Assembly (NCBI GenBank): GCA_964007735.1
Contig: CAXGAI010000039.1
Location: forward strand, 1-44,821
Source of the DNA: an uncultured Rhodopirellula sp.
Lineage (GTDB): Bacteria; Planctomycetota; Planctomycetia; Pirellulales; Pirellulaceae
Length of the DNA stretch: 44,821 nt
Reading direction: 5' to 3'
Shown here: positions 29,207 to 38,154 of the stretch, one piece after another
Layout of the letters: each line of letters begins with the position of its first letter
Position numbering within the stretch: position 1 is the first letter of the stretch
Position numbers and translations under genes: made by a program
Notes under the pieces: generated by a model
Database searches by the model: none
The model's input: the letters and a program-made list of their open reading frames with translations, nothing else
Told to the model about the DNA's origin: nothing

Positions 29207-30514
29207 TTATCGGAGTATTTGTTTGCGGCAGATGTGGAGAACCGAATCTTTGTTTTGTAAATGATGGGTATCAATCCCCGCGGCAATCAGGGGGCCGGAA
29301 ATCTGGGCGTACTCGGCTGGATCAAAAACATTGATCATTGCCGACACCGCAAATCCCTGTCGAGCTAAATTTCCTAAAGCAATCGTGGATTGGGTGTTCT
29401 CTTTCGAGATGATTGCCAAGATGGTGGCATCACGGGGGACGCGTGATTGAGCTTCGAGCAGTAATGAGGCGAATTCCAAACCGTCCGAAATCTCGACACG
29501 CGCCAGGAGTTCCTGGATTCGGTGAAACTGCTCCGAGGATCTTTGCGTGGGAACCTGCAATGGTCGCAAACGATCATTTTCAGCCAGCATAGCACCTGCT
29601 TGCTGAGCTTGTTGCCGGTCATCTAACTCTACATCCCAACCCTGCTGGCGCATTCGTTCTGCCGCATCACGCCCGTTGGTTAGTAGACCGACTTGTTGGC
29701 CGAGGAGTTGCACTGTGTTAACAATGGAAATGGCTGCCGTGACGGCGAGTTCAGACCTCATTGGTTCGTGTTGACGTTGAAAACCGTTTTTATGGAAGTC
29801 TAAGATAACCGTCAGACCAGCCACTGTAGAAGACTCATAGATCTTACTTTGGAGCTTGCCTGTCCGCGCCGTAGCGCGCCAGTGGATTCGGTTGAGGGGA
29901 TCCCCTTCCTGATATGCTCGCACGCCTGCAATACGGGTGGGATCCTCAAATAATCGATGGGTCATTTTGATCTCACCTATAGGCCGTCGGCTGGATAAAT
30001 CATAACCATCAATAGGAAGGACTTTGGGGTAGACCGTCAGATATTGAGGCTCGGATCTGATTTGGAATCTTCGGTGTAATCCAAACAGGTCCCCCGTCTC
30101 AAGAACGGTCGGCCCCAGTTGATAGAATCCACGGCGATTACATTTGAAATGGTACCGTAGTTTTTTTGACTCATTTGCCTTTAACATCGTCAGTTTGATT
30201 CGGTTGGATTGTAATTCGAGGCTGGGAGGCGTATGCTCGAAAGCTTTTTTGGACAGCACATCTTCCAGAAGAATCCACGGAACGGGTAGCTTTCCGCTGT
30301 TCGTTACTTCAAGTTCGACCCCGACATGGTCATCGATTTCAGCTTTTAATTGTGAGCATTCCCGTATAGCAGAGAGGTGGGCAGACGAATGTTTTGAAAG
30401 CCACAGACTGGCGGCCATCAGTGTAAGTAGTGAGTACATTCCGTACGCAAGAAAGTCCGAACCAATGACAAACGAGAATCCCAGAACTAGCAGTATCACG
30501 ACGACCCACTTCAT
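29207..30514 (-). CDS. DUF58 domain protein
   Basis: RRGFYQLGP, GDLFGL and VRAYQEGDPLNRIHWRATAR. Confidence 0.9.
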   Translation of the reverse strand: MKWVVVILLVLGFSFVIGSDFLAYGMYSLLTLMAASLWLSKHSSAHLSAIRECSQLKAEIDDHVGVELEVTNSGKLPVPWILLEDVLSKKAFEHTPPSLELQSNRIKLTMLKANESKKLRYHFKCNRRGFYQLGPTVLETGDLFGLHRRFQIRSEPQYLTVYPKVLPIDGYDLSSRRPIGEIKMTHRLFEDPTRIAGVRAYQEGDPLNRIHWRATARTGKLQSKIYESSTVAGLTVILDFHKNGFQRQHEPMRSELAVTAAISIVNTVQLLGQQVGLLTNGRDAAERMRQQGWDVELDDRQQAQQAGAMLAENDRLRPLQVPTQRSSEQFHRIQELLARVEISDGLEFASLLLEAQSRVPRDATILAIISKENTQSTIALGNLARQGFAVSAMINVFDPAEYAQISGPLIAAGIDTHHLQNKDSVLHICRKQILR

Positions 30515-30529
30515 AGGCTGCTCTCCGTT

Positions 30530-31474
30530 TTAAGTGTTCAGCGTGGGAACAGCGATCTCAGATACGACGTCCTGCACAACCTGTTCTGCCGTGACTTTAC
30601 GGAGTCGGCTTTCGGGGGACAGGATAAGTCGGTGGGCCAGAATTGGAGCCACAATGAATTTGACGTCATCAGGCAAAACGTAATCGCGACCACGTAATGC
30701 GGCCATCGCCTGACTGCCGCGGAAGAGGGCAATGGAACCACGAGGACTTGCTCCCAAGGTCAGGTCTTCGTGATCCCGTGTGGCATGAATAATCTCCATG
30801 ATGTACTGACGTACTTTATCATCCATGTGTATCGTGCGTACCGCATGCTGGCATTCGATAATTTCTTTGGCTGAAACAACTTCGCCGATGGATTCCAGCG
30901 GATGTTTGTGTTGTAGCATGGCGAGCATTTTCAATTCTTCCTCCATGCTCGGGTATCCTAATTGGAATTTCATTAGGAAACGGTCTAACTGGGCTTCTGG
31001 TAGTGGAAATGTACCTTCGTGATCGATTGGGTTTTGTGTGGCGACCACCAGGAAGGGTGGAGTTAAAGTATGAGAATGTCCGTCAACAGTAACCTTGGCT
31101 TCAGCCATGGCTTCCAGAAGAGCAGCTTGAGTACGTGGGGTGGCACGATTTATTTCATCAGCGAGGACCAGTTGCCCAAAAATAGGGCCTGGGCGAAATT
31201 CAAACTCAGTCGTTTTTGGGTTGAAAATGGACGCTCCGGTGACATCCGTAGGCAGGAGATCCGGCGTACATTGTACTCGCTTGAAATTACAGCCGACGCT
31301 GCGTGCCAAAGCTCGAGCCAAAATTGTCTTGGCAACGCCGGGAACATCTTCCAGGAGGATATGTCCCTCACATAGCCAGGAAACCAACGAGAGGATTAGT
31401 TGAGATCGCTTACCGACAATCACTTGTTCCACATTGGAAATAATCCGTTGGGCAATATTGGTTACATCTGCCAC
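30530..31474 (-). CDS. MoxR family AAA+ ATPase
   Basis: EDVPGVAKT, DLLPTDVTG, LADEINR, ATQNP and FPLPEAQLDRF. Confidence 0.95.
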   Translation of the reverse strand: MADVTNIAQRIISNVEQVIVGKRSQLILSLVSWLCEGHILLEDVPGVAKTILARALARSVGCNFKRVQCTPDLLPTDVTGASIFNPKTTEFEFRPGPIFGQLVLADEINRATPRTQAALLEAMAEAKVTVDGHSHTLTPPFLVVATQNPIDHEGTFPLPEAQLDRFLMKFQLGYPSMEEELKMLAMLQHKHPLESIGEVVSAKEIIECQHAVRTIHMDDKVRQYIMEIIHATRDHEDLTLGASPRGSIALFRGSQAMAALRGRDYVLPDDVKFIVAPILAHRLILSPESRLRKVTAEQVVQDVVSEIAVPTLNT

Positions 31475-31500
31475 GTTAACATCCCGTTCGTCTCAAGGGG

Positions 31501-32772
31501 TTACACTACGTATGGAACTTCTAGTTTGTATTTTGGATTTGCAGCCAGGAAGGCCTGGATCCGTTCCTCGTTGTTCCAGGCGATGGGTAGAAAGTCGAGG
31601 GCTTCCTGAATTAGTTCCGGCGGCTCGGCAGTACTAAACCGTATAAAACCATGACCGGCATCTCCGAAGCACTCTCCACCAAGACAGGCGATTCCGAAGT
31701 CGTCATCGGCTCCTTTAAGCAGGTAAAGTGCCAGGCCGTGGGAAGTGATTTTGTGTCGATTGCAGATTTCAGCAACATTAGGGAAGACGTAGAATGTTCC
31801 GCCGGGAATCAGGCAGTTAACGCCATCTAGTTCATTGAGCCTGGTCGCCAGTGAAACGGTACGTTCTTTAAACTCCGCCATGTACTCATCGCGTTGAGCA
31901 CGGTCTTTGTTTAATGCTGCTGCCCCGGCTAGTTGGACGAATGGTGGTATACATGACAAAGTACTGTTCGTTAGTTTGGCAATCATATTAATAATACGTT
32001 CACTGCTGACAGCGTACCCAAGCCGCCATCCGCTCATACTAAAGGACTTACTAAAGGTGTAGCAAGAAACACATTGATCAAGCATATCCGGCTGTGCCAA
32101 TAGAGAATGGTGCTGGCCTTCCCAAGCCATTTGGTCATATGGTTCATCCGCGAAGACCACGATGTCTTTACCGCGAATTAAATCGGCAATTCCTTTGAGA
32201 TCTTCTTCAGTGGCAATGCCTCCGGTGGGATTGTGCGGCGTATTGATGAAAATCGCTTTTGGATTGGGATCCTGATTCACAAATGTGGCGATGTCCTCCA
32301 GATTTGGACGAAAAGCGTTCTCCTGCTTTAGTTCCGAATAGACGATGCGTCCACCACGCCGATCGATGTTTGGTGGGTAAGTTGGGAAAAACGGACTAAA
32401 AACCAGTACTCCATCGTCTTCGTTGATAAAGGCTTCACAAAAGAGTGTTTCAAAAATTTTGGCGCCGGGCCCTGCCGTGACGTTGCTGGCAGCCACGTTA
32501 AGACCATATTCATCATTAACGTAATTGGCAACCGCTTCCCGAAACTCTGGGATGCCGATGGAAGGACCATAGTGACAATGGTCGTCCTCGATTGCTTTGA
32601 TGCCAGCCTGCGCACCATTCGTAGTGGATGGAAAAGGACTATCACCAATCTCCAGTTCCACAACCTTTTTCCCTTCCGCCTTTAGTTGCTTGGCGATTAC
32701 AAGCACATCAAAGGCGGTTTCGGTTGTTACTCCACGAGCAAAGTCGCTAAATGCAGGATGCATGTCACTCAT
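31501..32772 (-). CDS. PLP-dependent aminotransferase class I/II (aspartate aminotransferase-like)
   Basis: NTPHNPTG, DEPY, FSKSFSMSGWRLG and GTFYVFPN. Confidence 0.9.
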   Translation of the reverse strand: MSDMHPAFSDFARGVTTETAFDVLVIAKQLKAEGKKVVELEIGDSPFPSTTNGAQAGIKAIEDDHCHYGPSIGIPEFREAVANYVNDEYGLNVAASNVTAGPGAKIFETLFCEAFINEDDGVLVFSPFFPTYPPNIDRRGGRIVYSELKQENAFRPNLEDIATFVNQDPNPKAIFINTPHNPTGGIATEEDLKGIADLIRGKDIVVFADEPYDQMAWEGQHHSLLAQPDMLDQCVSCYTFSKSFSMSGWRLGYAVSSERIINMIAKLTNSTLSCIPPFVQLAGAAALNKDRAQRDEYMAEFKERTVSLATRLNELDGVNCLIPGGTFYVFPNVAEICNRHKITSHGLALYLLKGADDDFGIACLGGECFGDAGHGFIRFSTAEPPELIQEALDFLPIAWNNEERIQAFLAANPKYKLEVPYVV

Positions 32773-32934
32773 TAGTATTCACTAACTCCAAAAGTGTTCC
32801 AGTTAATCATAGAAGTCTTAAGGCAATAAATCAGGGTTATTCCTTATGGTGATTATATCAAAATAGCATCGACTGCATGGATTCGCCCGGTCATCTCTAG
32901 ATGAAATACCTTTGTGAAACGACGGCCTTAAGGG

Positions 32935-34008
32935 ATGTGGATTGCTTATAATAAAGTAATGTTTGAGGAAAGTGGGGCACTGTGGCCCATCATCGATATT
33001 CTGCTAAAGCTCGTCGGCTGGATAGTCTGGTCACTTGCTTTGATCTGGGCGGTTGCTGGCATTACGTTTTTTCCAAAACTAAATGCAAAGTTGGGATTTG
33101 GTTTGGCGGTTGTTGCGGTAACGACTTTCTTAATGACCGCACTTCGCTATGATGATCGACATGTTCTGATATACGGTGTTTGGGGATTTGACCTGCTGGT
33201 GTTGCTGGCACTACTCTGTCTCCGCCCCCGGTCGGATCGGAACTGGGCCGAAGACATGCAGTATTCGGTACAAGTCGAGTTTGCTAAAGGTGTTGCCACT
33301 CTTCACAACGTACGTGATTTTCTATACCGGTCCGAAACCGACTACACACCGTCGTGGGTGACTCGCCGGATACCGTTGAGCGGCCTTCGTAAAGTTTGGT
33401 TGGGAGTCGAACAGATATCAGCCTGGGAAGGTGTCGCCCATATCTTTATCACGTTTCAATATCAGGATGAGTGTGGTGAGTTAGACGCGATTGCCGTCTC
33501 AGCTGAAGTTCACAGGGAAGTGGGAGAGGAGTTTAGTGTCCAAGAAGGGCTCTTCCGTAACTTTGAATTGGCTTACGTTGTGGGAACAGAAAGAGATTTG
33601 ATTGGGTTGCGGACTCATGTAAGAATCGATCCGGTACGACTCTACCCGTTGATGATAGGGCGAAAAGCGGTACAACGGATGTTTGAGGATGTGATGCAAC
33701 GAGCAACGGCTCTTCAGCAAAAGCCGGAATTTTATCATACGATTTCAAATAATTGTGCGAGTAATATGCTTTATCATCTAAATAAACTCGCGCCCACTCC
33801 AATTTCCAAGTGGGATAAGAGAATAATCTTTTCAGGGCTTGTCGACCGAATCGTCTTTGCCTTGAAAGTCGTTCCCGGAGTAAATTCCTTAAAGGAGCTC
33901 CGAGAACAGTACCTCGTTGATATTTCTGAATTCGACATTGACGAAAACTATTCGAAACGCCTTCGTAGTGAGGGCTTAAATCAGGTTTCTGGTTCAAAGG
34001 TAGATTAA
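32935..34008 (+). CDS. DUF4105 (Lnb N-terminal-like) membrane-anchored protein
   Basis: 3 N-terminal TMs; NVRDFLYRSETD, AHIFITF, GLFRNFEL, ERDLIGLR and FYHTISNNCASN. Confidence 0.8.
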   Translation: MWIAYNKVMFEESGALWPIIDILLKLVGWIVWSLALIWAVAGITFFPKLNAKLGFGLAVVAVTTFLMTALRYDDRHVLIYGVWGFDLLVLLALLCLRPRSDRNWAEDMQYSVQVEFAKGVATLHNVRDFLYRSETDYTPSWVTRRIPLSGLRKVWLGVEQISAWEGVAHIFITFQYQDECGELDAIAVSAEVHREVGEEFSVQEGLFRNFELAYVVGTERDLIGLRTHVRIDPVRLYPLMIGRKAVQRMFEDVMQRATALQQKPEFYHTISNNCASNMLYHLNKLAPTPISKWDKRIIFSGLVDRIVFALKVVPGVNSLKELREQYLVDISEFDIDENYSKRLRSEGLNQVSGSKVD

Positions 34009-36569
34009 TGAAAACGCTTGGAAGAGGATTGTTGACGCTGTTTATACTTCTCGGGCTGAGTTCCTGGTTGGTGGGGCAGGATAATTTCAAAATTCGTGTT
34101 GGTGTTGTTACCTACGAGACCTTTCAGGACAAAGATGGTGAATTGAGGGCTCTCATTAGTCAACTGTCTGGTTCGCAAAACCCTCCCGTTCAGTTTCAGA
34201 TTGCTTTCGGTTCCTATCGAGAGGTTTCTCATTGGTTACAGACTGGTGAGATTGATTTGGCGTTGCTAACAGCCGGAGGGTATGTCCGGGGGATATTGCA
34301 AAGTGGCTTGGTTGATCAATACGAATATCTGGCAACGATGGATGCCAGACCTGGACAGGGGCCGTGGGTTAACGAATTGCGAAAAGCGGATAACTTTCAA
34401 CGCTATTATCATTCGGTTTGCCTTACTCATGTTGAAAACGGAGAGCTCACGATTGGAGACATTCAGCGGGCGGCTGACGAGGGAACGCTTGAAGTATTAT
34501 TGGTTCATCCTCAGTCGGCTTCCGGGGCTTTGGTGCCGCGAAAGGTTATGAAAGATCTGGGAATTGAACTGCCTGAAGAAACAACGCGATTTATGCATTC
34601 GCACTCTCAAGTGTTGGAAGCGATTGCCAAAAGTCGAGTTGGAGTGACAACAATTGGATTTGTCTGGGATGATGCAATTTCAAAACAGCCGGAATTGCAG
34701 CCGAATATTGCTAAGATTGAAATCCCGGCTTTAGGCAGGGTGCAGATTCCTCATGATGTATTGGTATGTAGACGCGACTTTGCAAAACTGGCTGAATTAA
34801 AACGTATGCTGGCAGAGCAAGTGTTTTCGAAGCCGACACCTCTTTTTCGGCCCTCTGAAGATGGAAATCAAGATTACATCGCTTTACAGGAGAGCCTGGC
34901 TTTGGGGAGTGATGATGCAGAAGATTCCCTCGTCCGTCAGGACTTGCGAGGCGTGGGACAGCTATTGGCTCATGCTCAAAAAAATTCGTCGCTTGAAAAG
35001 CCATTTAGATTGGCAGTTGTTCTTTCCGGAGGGGGGGCACGCTGTGCATATCAGGTGGGCGCCATAGCGGAAGTGGAAAATTACCTGCAGGAACTCAATA
35101 CGCAATATGGTTCACAATTGGATATTGATTTAGTCGTAGGTACCTCCGGTGGTGCATTAAATGCCGTGCCAGTATCCATGAATGTTGCCGGCTATGCTCA
35201 AGGTCAACAGGTATTGAGAGATGTTTGGCAATCGTTGGATCGTCGCGAAATCCTCTTGCCTTCGATTGCCGTACGGGTAAATGCGGGGATTTGGTTTGCA
35301 TTCTTGCAAATGACTCTGGTTTATCTATTAGGTCGTTTGTTTCGGCGTCGTTATGATGCCAGACTTAAGTTTTTTTATCGATTGTGCCTCATGATAGGAG
35401 CCGTTGAATTGGCTCTTTATGCAGTTCCGTTTTCCCCCTGGGTCTTTCTCGGGCACAATCGTGTACTTCACCATCTGTGGTGGTGGTGTCGGATCGGGGC
35501 TGAATTTACGGCGATTACAATGCTCTTTGCGGGAGCCATCTATTATTTTATAGCGAGAGTGTCGGGAGATCCGAATAAACAGGAATTGAGAATTCGCCGG
35601 GGACGTATCCATTGGGTTCTAACGGTTGGTGTTTTAGGTTTACCACTACTGCAATTGATCACGATGTTGATCAATGAGAAGACGTTTTCAACGGGTGACG
35701 GAATTCGTACGGCATTAGTGCGAGGATATTCTACGATGTTGCAGCAACACGCAACGCATCATGAAATGGCTTACCCGATGGACGACCAGGAGACGGCAGA
35801 ACAAAGATTAGAATCGATGGGCGAGTGGATTGTTAACAGTGATGTTGTTAAGCGAGACTTGGTGTTAACGACGACCGCGATTGATCGAAATCGCCCCGAA
35901 GTGCCGTCTGAATTGTATTTTTATCTACAATCAGATCAGAATGGCCCCAGGCCAGAATTTGGAAGTCGTGGAATCGATATGCATCAGTCCCCGAAGCAGT
36001 TTATGAAAGTTGTTTTGGGGTCTTCGGCTATTTACCCCGCTTTCCCGGGACAGGTTGTAGAGGGGATGCCTGAACTGGGAGATCGTCTGGAGTTAGTGGA
36101 CGGTGGATTTGCTCACAATGCACCTGTAGAAGCGGCCGTGTTGTGGGGGGCGACACATGTTTTGCTAATTGATGTTAGTCCGGTAGCGACACGTGATGGG
36201 GTGAATCTTGCTGACAGTGTGATCCGAGGCTTTGGTCACTTGTTGCGTCAGAGTCAACTATCAGATCAACGTAGTCGAAGCGAAGTAGTGGTAGTTAACT
36301 TGCAATCTCGATTTGAGCCTCCACTCGGGATCATTGATTTCTCTTCAAATCTTATTAAGAGGGGAATAGATATTGGAGCCCAGGATGCAGTAGCTAGAGT
36401 GCGTAAGGAACGACATAACGGAGTCTTAATTGATTTGCCGCCATTTACCGTTAGTTATGGACGGCCGGACTTTGTGGAAGTCGTGTCGAAAGCACGTATG
36501 GAAGATTCCGCCGTGAGTGGAGTGACTGATGAAGCAGGGTTAAGCCAGCCGGAGTCATCCAACCCGTAG
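34008..36569 (+). CDS. PhnD/SsuA-like binding domain fused to a patatin-like phospholipase with a 4-TM insertion
   Basis: Signal peptide; YHSV, PQSASG, HSHSQV and IPHD PhnD-like motifs; patatin SGGGAR, GTSGG and DGG. Confidence 0.8.
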   Translation: MKTLGRGLLTLFILLGLSSWLVGQDNFKIRVGVVTYETFQDKDGELRALISQLSGSQNPPVQFQIAFGSYREVSHWLQTGEIDLALLTAGGYVRGILQSGLVDQYEYLATMDARPGQGPWVNELRKADNFQRYYHSVCLTHVENGELTIGDIQRAADEGTLEVLLVHPQSASGALVPRKVMKDLGIELPEETTRFMHSHSQVLEAIAKSRVGVTTIGFVWDDAISKQPELQPNIAKIEIPALGRVQIPHDVLVCRRDFAKLAELKRMLAEQVFSKPTPLFRPSEDGNQDYIALQESLALGSDDAEDSLVRQDLRGVGQLLAHAQKNSSLEKPFRLAVVLSGGGARCAYQVGAIAEVENYLQELNTQYGSQLDIDLVVGTSGGALNAVPVSMNVAGYAQGQQVLRDVWQSLDRREILLPSIAVRVNAGIWFAFLQMTLVYLLGRLFRRRYDARLKFFYRLCLMIGAVELALYAVPFSPWVFLGHNRVLHHLWWWCRIGAEFTAITMLFAGAIYYFIARVSGDPNKQELRIRRGRIHWVLTVGVLGLPLLQLITMLINEKTFSTGDGIRTALVRGYSTMLQQHATHHEMAYPMDDQETAEQRLESMGEWIVNSDVVKRDLVLTTTAIDRNRPEVPSELYFYLQSDQNGPRPEFGSRGIDMHQSPKQFMKVVLGSSAIYPAFPGQVVEGMPELGDRLELVDGGFAHNAPVEAAVLWGATHVLLIDVSPVATRDGVNLADSVIRGFGHLLRQSQLSDQRSRSEVVVVNLQSRFEPPLGIIDFSSNLIKRGIDIGAQDAVARVRKERHNGVLIDLPPFTVSYGRPDFVEVVSKARMEDSAVSGVTDEAGLSQPESSNP

Positions 36570-36593
36570 CCAAGAAAGTTGTATCGACATTTG

Positions 36594-37784
36594 CTATTTT
36601 CGTTCGATCATCATGACCGAGGTATCGTCATGCCGCCCGGTTCCTTCGGTAATGTCCGAGGAGCGTTGGAAGATAAGTTCTAATGCCTCGGGAAGCGTTA
36701 GGTTTTTGGAATCCTGCATGGCTTTGATGATGCCTTCGACACCGAATTGATCGACTAACGCGTCTCCGCTCGGAGGGAATGCCTCTTCCAGTCCATCGGT
36801 GTAAATAAGTAACCGACTGTTGGGCGGGATGGCGGCCGAAATGCATTCATAATTCCACCCTTCCATGACGGCTAATGGCAAGCCAATTTGATCTTCGTGA
36901 CCGAGGATCATGACTTTATTAGTTTTCAGGTCTTGAAGTAAAGGCAGAGGATGGCCTGCACAGGTCCATTCGATTTTGTTGGACTCAGTATCGAGAATGC
37001 AGTAAATGATCGTGATAAATCCACCTTCGTCTTGCACGATATCACTTTTGCAAAGTCTATCATTCACAGCATTTACAAAGTCTGCCGTGTTGGCATACCG
37101 GTTGTTGCGAATCATCCGGATCAGTGTATGCATTGTCATGATGGACATGCAGGCTTTCACTCCATGCCCCGAGGCATCTCCAACGAGCATTACAAGACGT
37201 GTATCATCTAAGGCGAAGGAATCGTAATAATCGCCTCCGGCCATGACGACCATATTCTGACCGTCAACTCGTATTTCAGATGGCTCGTATCTTCCGACAA
37301 CCTTGTATCCATTAGTTTCCGGCAAATCATCAGGAATGACGGATTCCTGAAGTTTACGAACGGAATCAACTTCTTCACTTAATCGTTCAGCAACGACCTG
37401 AGCTCTTAAGGCACGCACATTCTCATGTGCTGCTTCCAGCATTGAGAGTAACAGCATAATAAAGTTGCCGTTCACATCTCGGATTACATGGGAATGAAGA
37501 CCCTGTGAAACAAACTGAATCAGGTGAGTAATATCGTCCGATTTGGCAGCACCAACAACGGGGATCCCCGGGATCGCCGTCTTGGTCCGCTCAAATGTTC
37601 CAATAGACTCTTCCAAGGTTGGGAAACTCAGCGAGAGAAGCACGACATCCCAGCCAGTTTCCTTCAATTTTAAGTCAAACTGCCCCACCTCACTACAGAT
37701 GGTCGCCTCATGGCCACCAACGTTGAGCATTAATTCGAGCGTTTCGGTTTCGGGGGAGGTTTCCCAGCCGACAAGGATATTCAT
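36594..37784 (-). CDS. SpoIIE/RsbU-like PP2C phosphatase with N-terminal receiver-like domain
   Basis: GGDYYD, GDASGHG, CAGHP, YTDGLEE and HDDTSV. Confidence 0.88.
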   Translation of the reverse strand: MNILVGWETSPETETLELMLNVGGHEATICSEVGQFDLKLKETGWDVVLLSLSFPTLEESIGTFERTKTAIPGIPVVGAAKSDDITHLIQFVSQGLHSHVIRDVNGNFIMLLLSMLEAAHENVRALRAQVVAERLSEEVDSVRKLQESVIPDDLPETNGYKVVGRYEPSEIRVDGQNMVVMAGGDYYDSFALDDTRLVMLVGDASGHGVKACMSIMTMHTLIRMIRNNRYANTADFVNAVNDRLCKSDIVQDEGGFITIIYCILDTESNKIEWTCAGHPLPLLQDLKTNKVMILGHEDQIGLPLAVMEGWNYECISAAIPPNSRLLIYTDGLEEAFPPSGDALVDQFGVEGIIKAMQDSKNLTLPEALELIFQRSSDITEGTGRHDDTSVMMIERK

Positions 37785-37852
37785 GACAAGTGTTGCTTAG
37801 TCTGCGAGTTGTTTTAGGTAATTTAACAGATCAGAGCCGATTTACCAGTCAC

Positions 37853-38056
37853 TTAGTCCTGCTCAAGAATAGAGTCAATGGCTCCTTCTATTTCCAGTAA
37901 GCGGTGGGGGGATGACTGATCTATTCCGAGGAAGTAATTGATCATCGACTCAAGAAAATTCTGCTTATCATCCAGAGATTGCTCTTTTAGTGAATCACGA
38001 ACTTCGGTGTATGAGGAATTTGACTTAAACATGCGATCCGTATCACTCCAAAACAA
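37853..38056 (-). CDS. Small hypothetical protein (start uncertain)
   Basis: Fills the gap between co-oriented genes; acidic, helical-looking sequence. Confidence 0.45.
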   Translation of the reverse strand: MFWSDTDRMFKSNSSYTEVRDSLKEQSLDDKQNFLESMINYFLGIDQSSPHRLLEIEGAIDSILEQD

Positions 38057-38154
38057 ATGCCCCTGTTCTAAGTGTCCCCTATACTTAAAAAAACGGATCT
38101 AAGTGGCATAAGTACTCGGTGGGTTACCCTAAATACAAAAATTTAATCGGAAAA

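Noticed and set aside
32819..32846. Imperfect inverted repeat taagg-c-aataa...ttatt-cctta
   Set aside because: AT-rich and bulged, so plausible by chance
35031..35037. G7 tract as a phase-variation site
   Set aside because: Explained by Gly codons of the GGGxR motif; short, and the frame is intact
34008..36569. Patatin as a CBASS CapV anti-phage effector
   Set aside because: No CD-NTase or other defence genes nearby, and the protein appears exported
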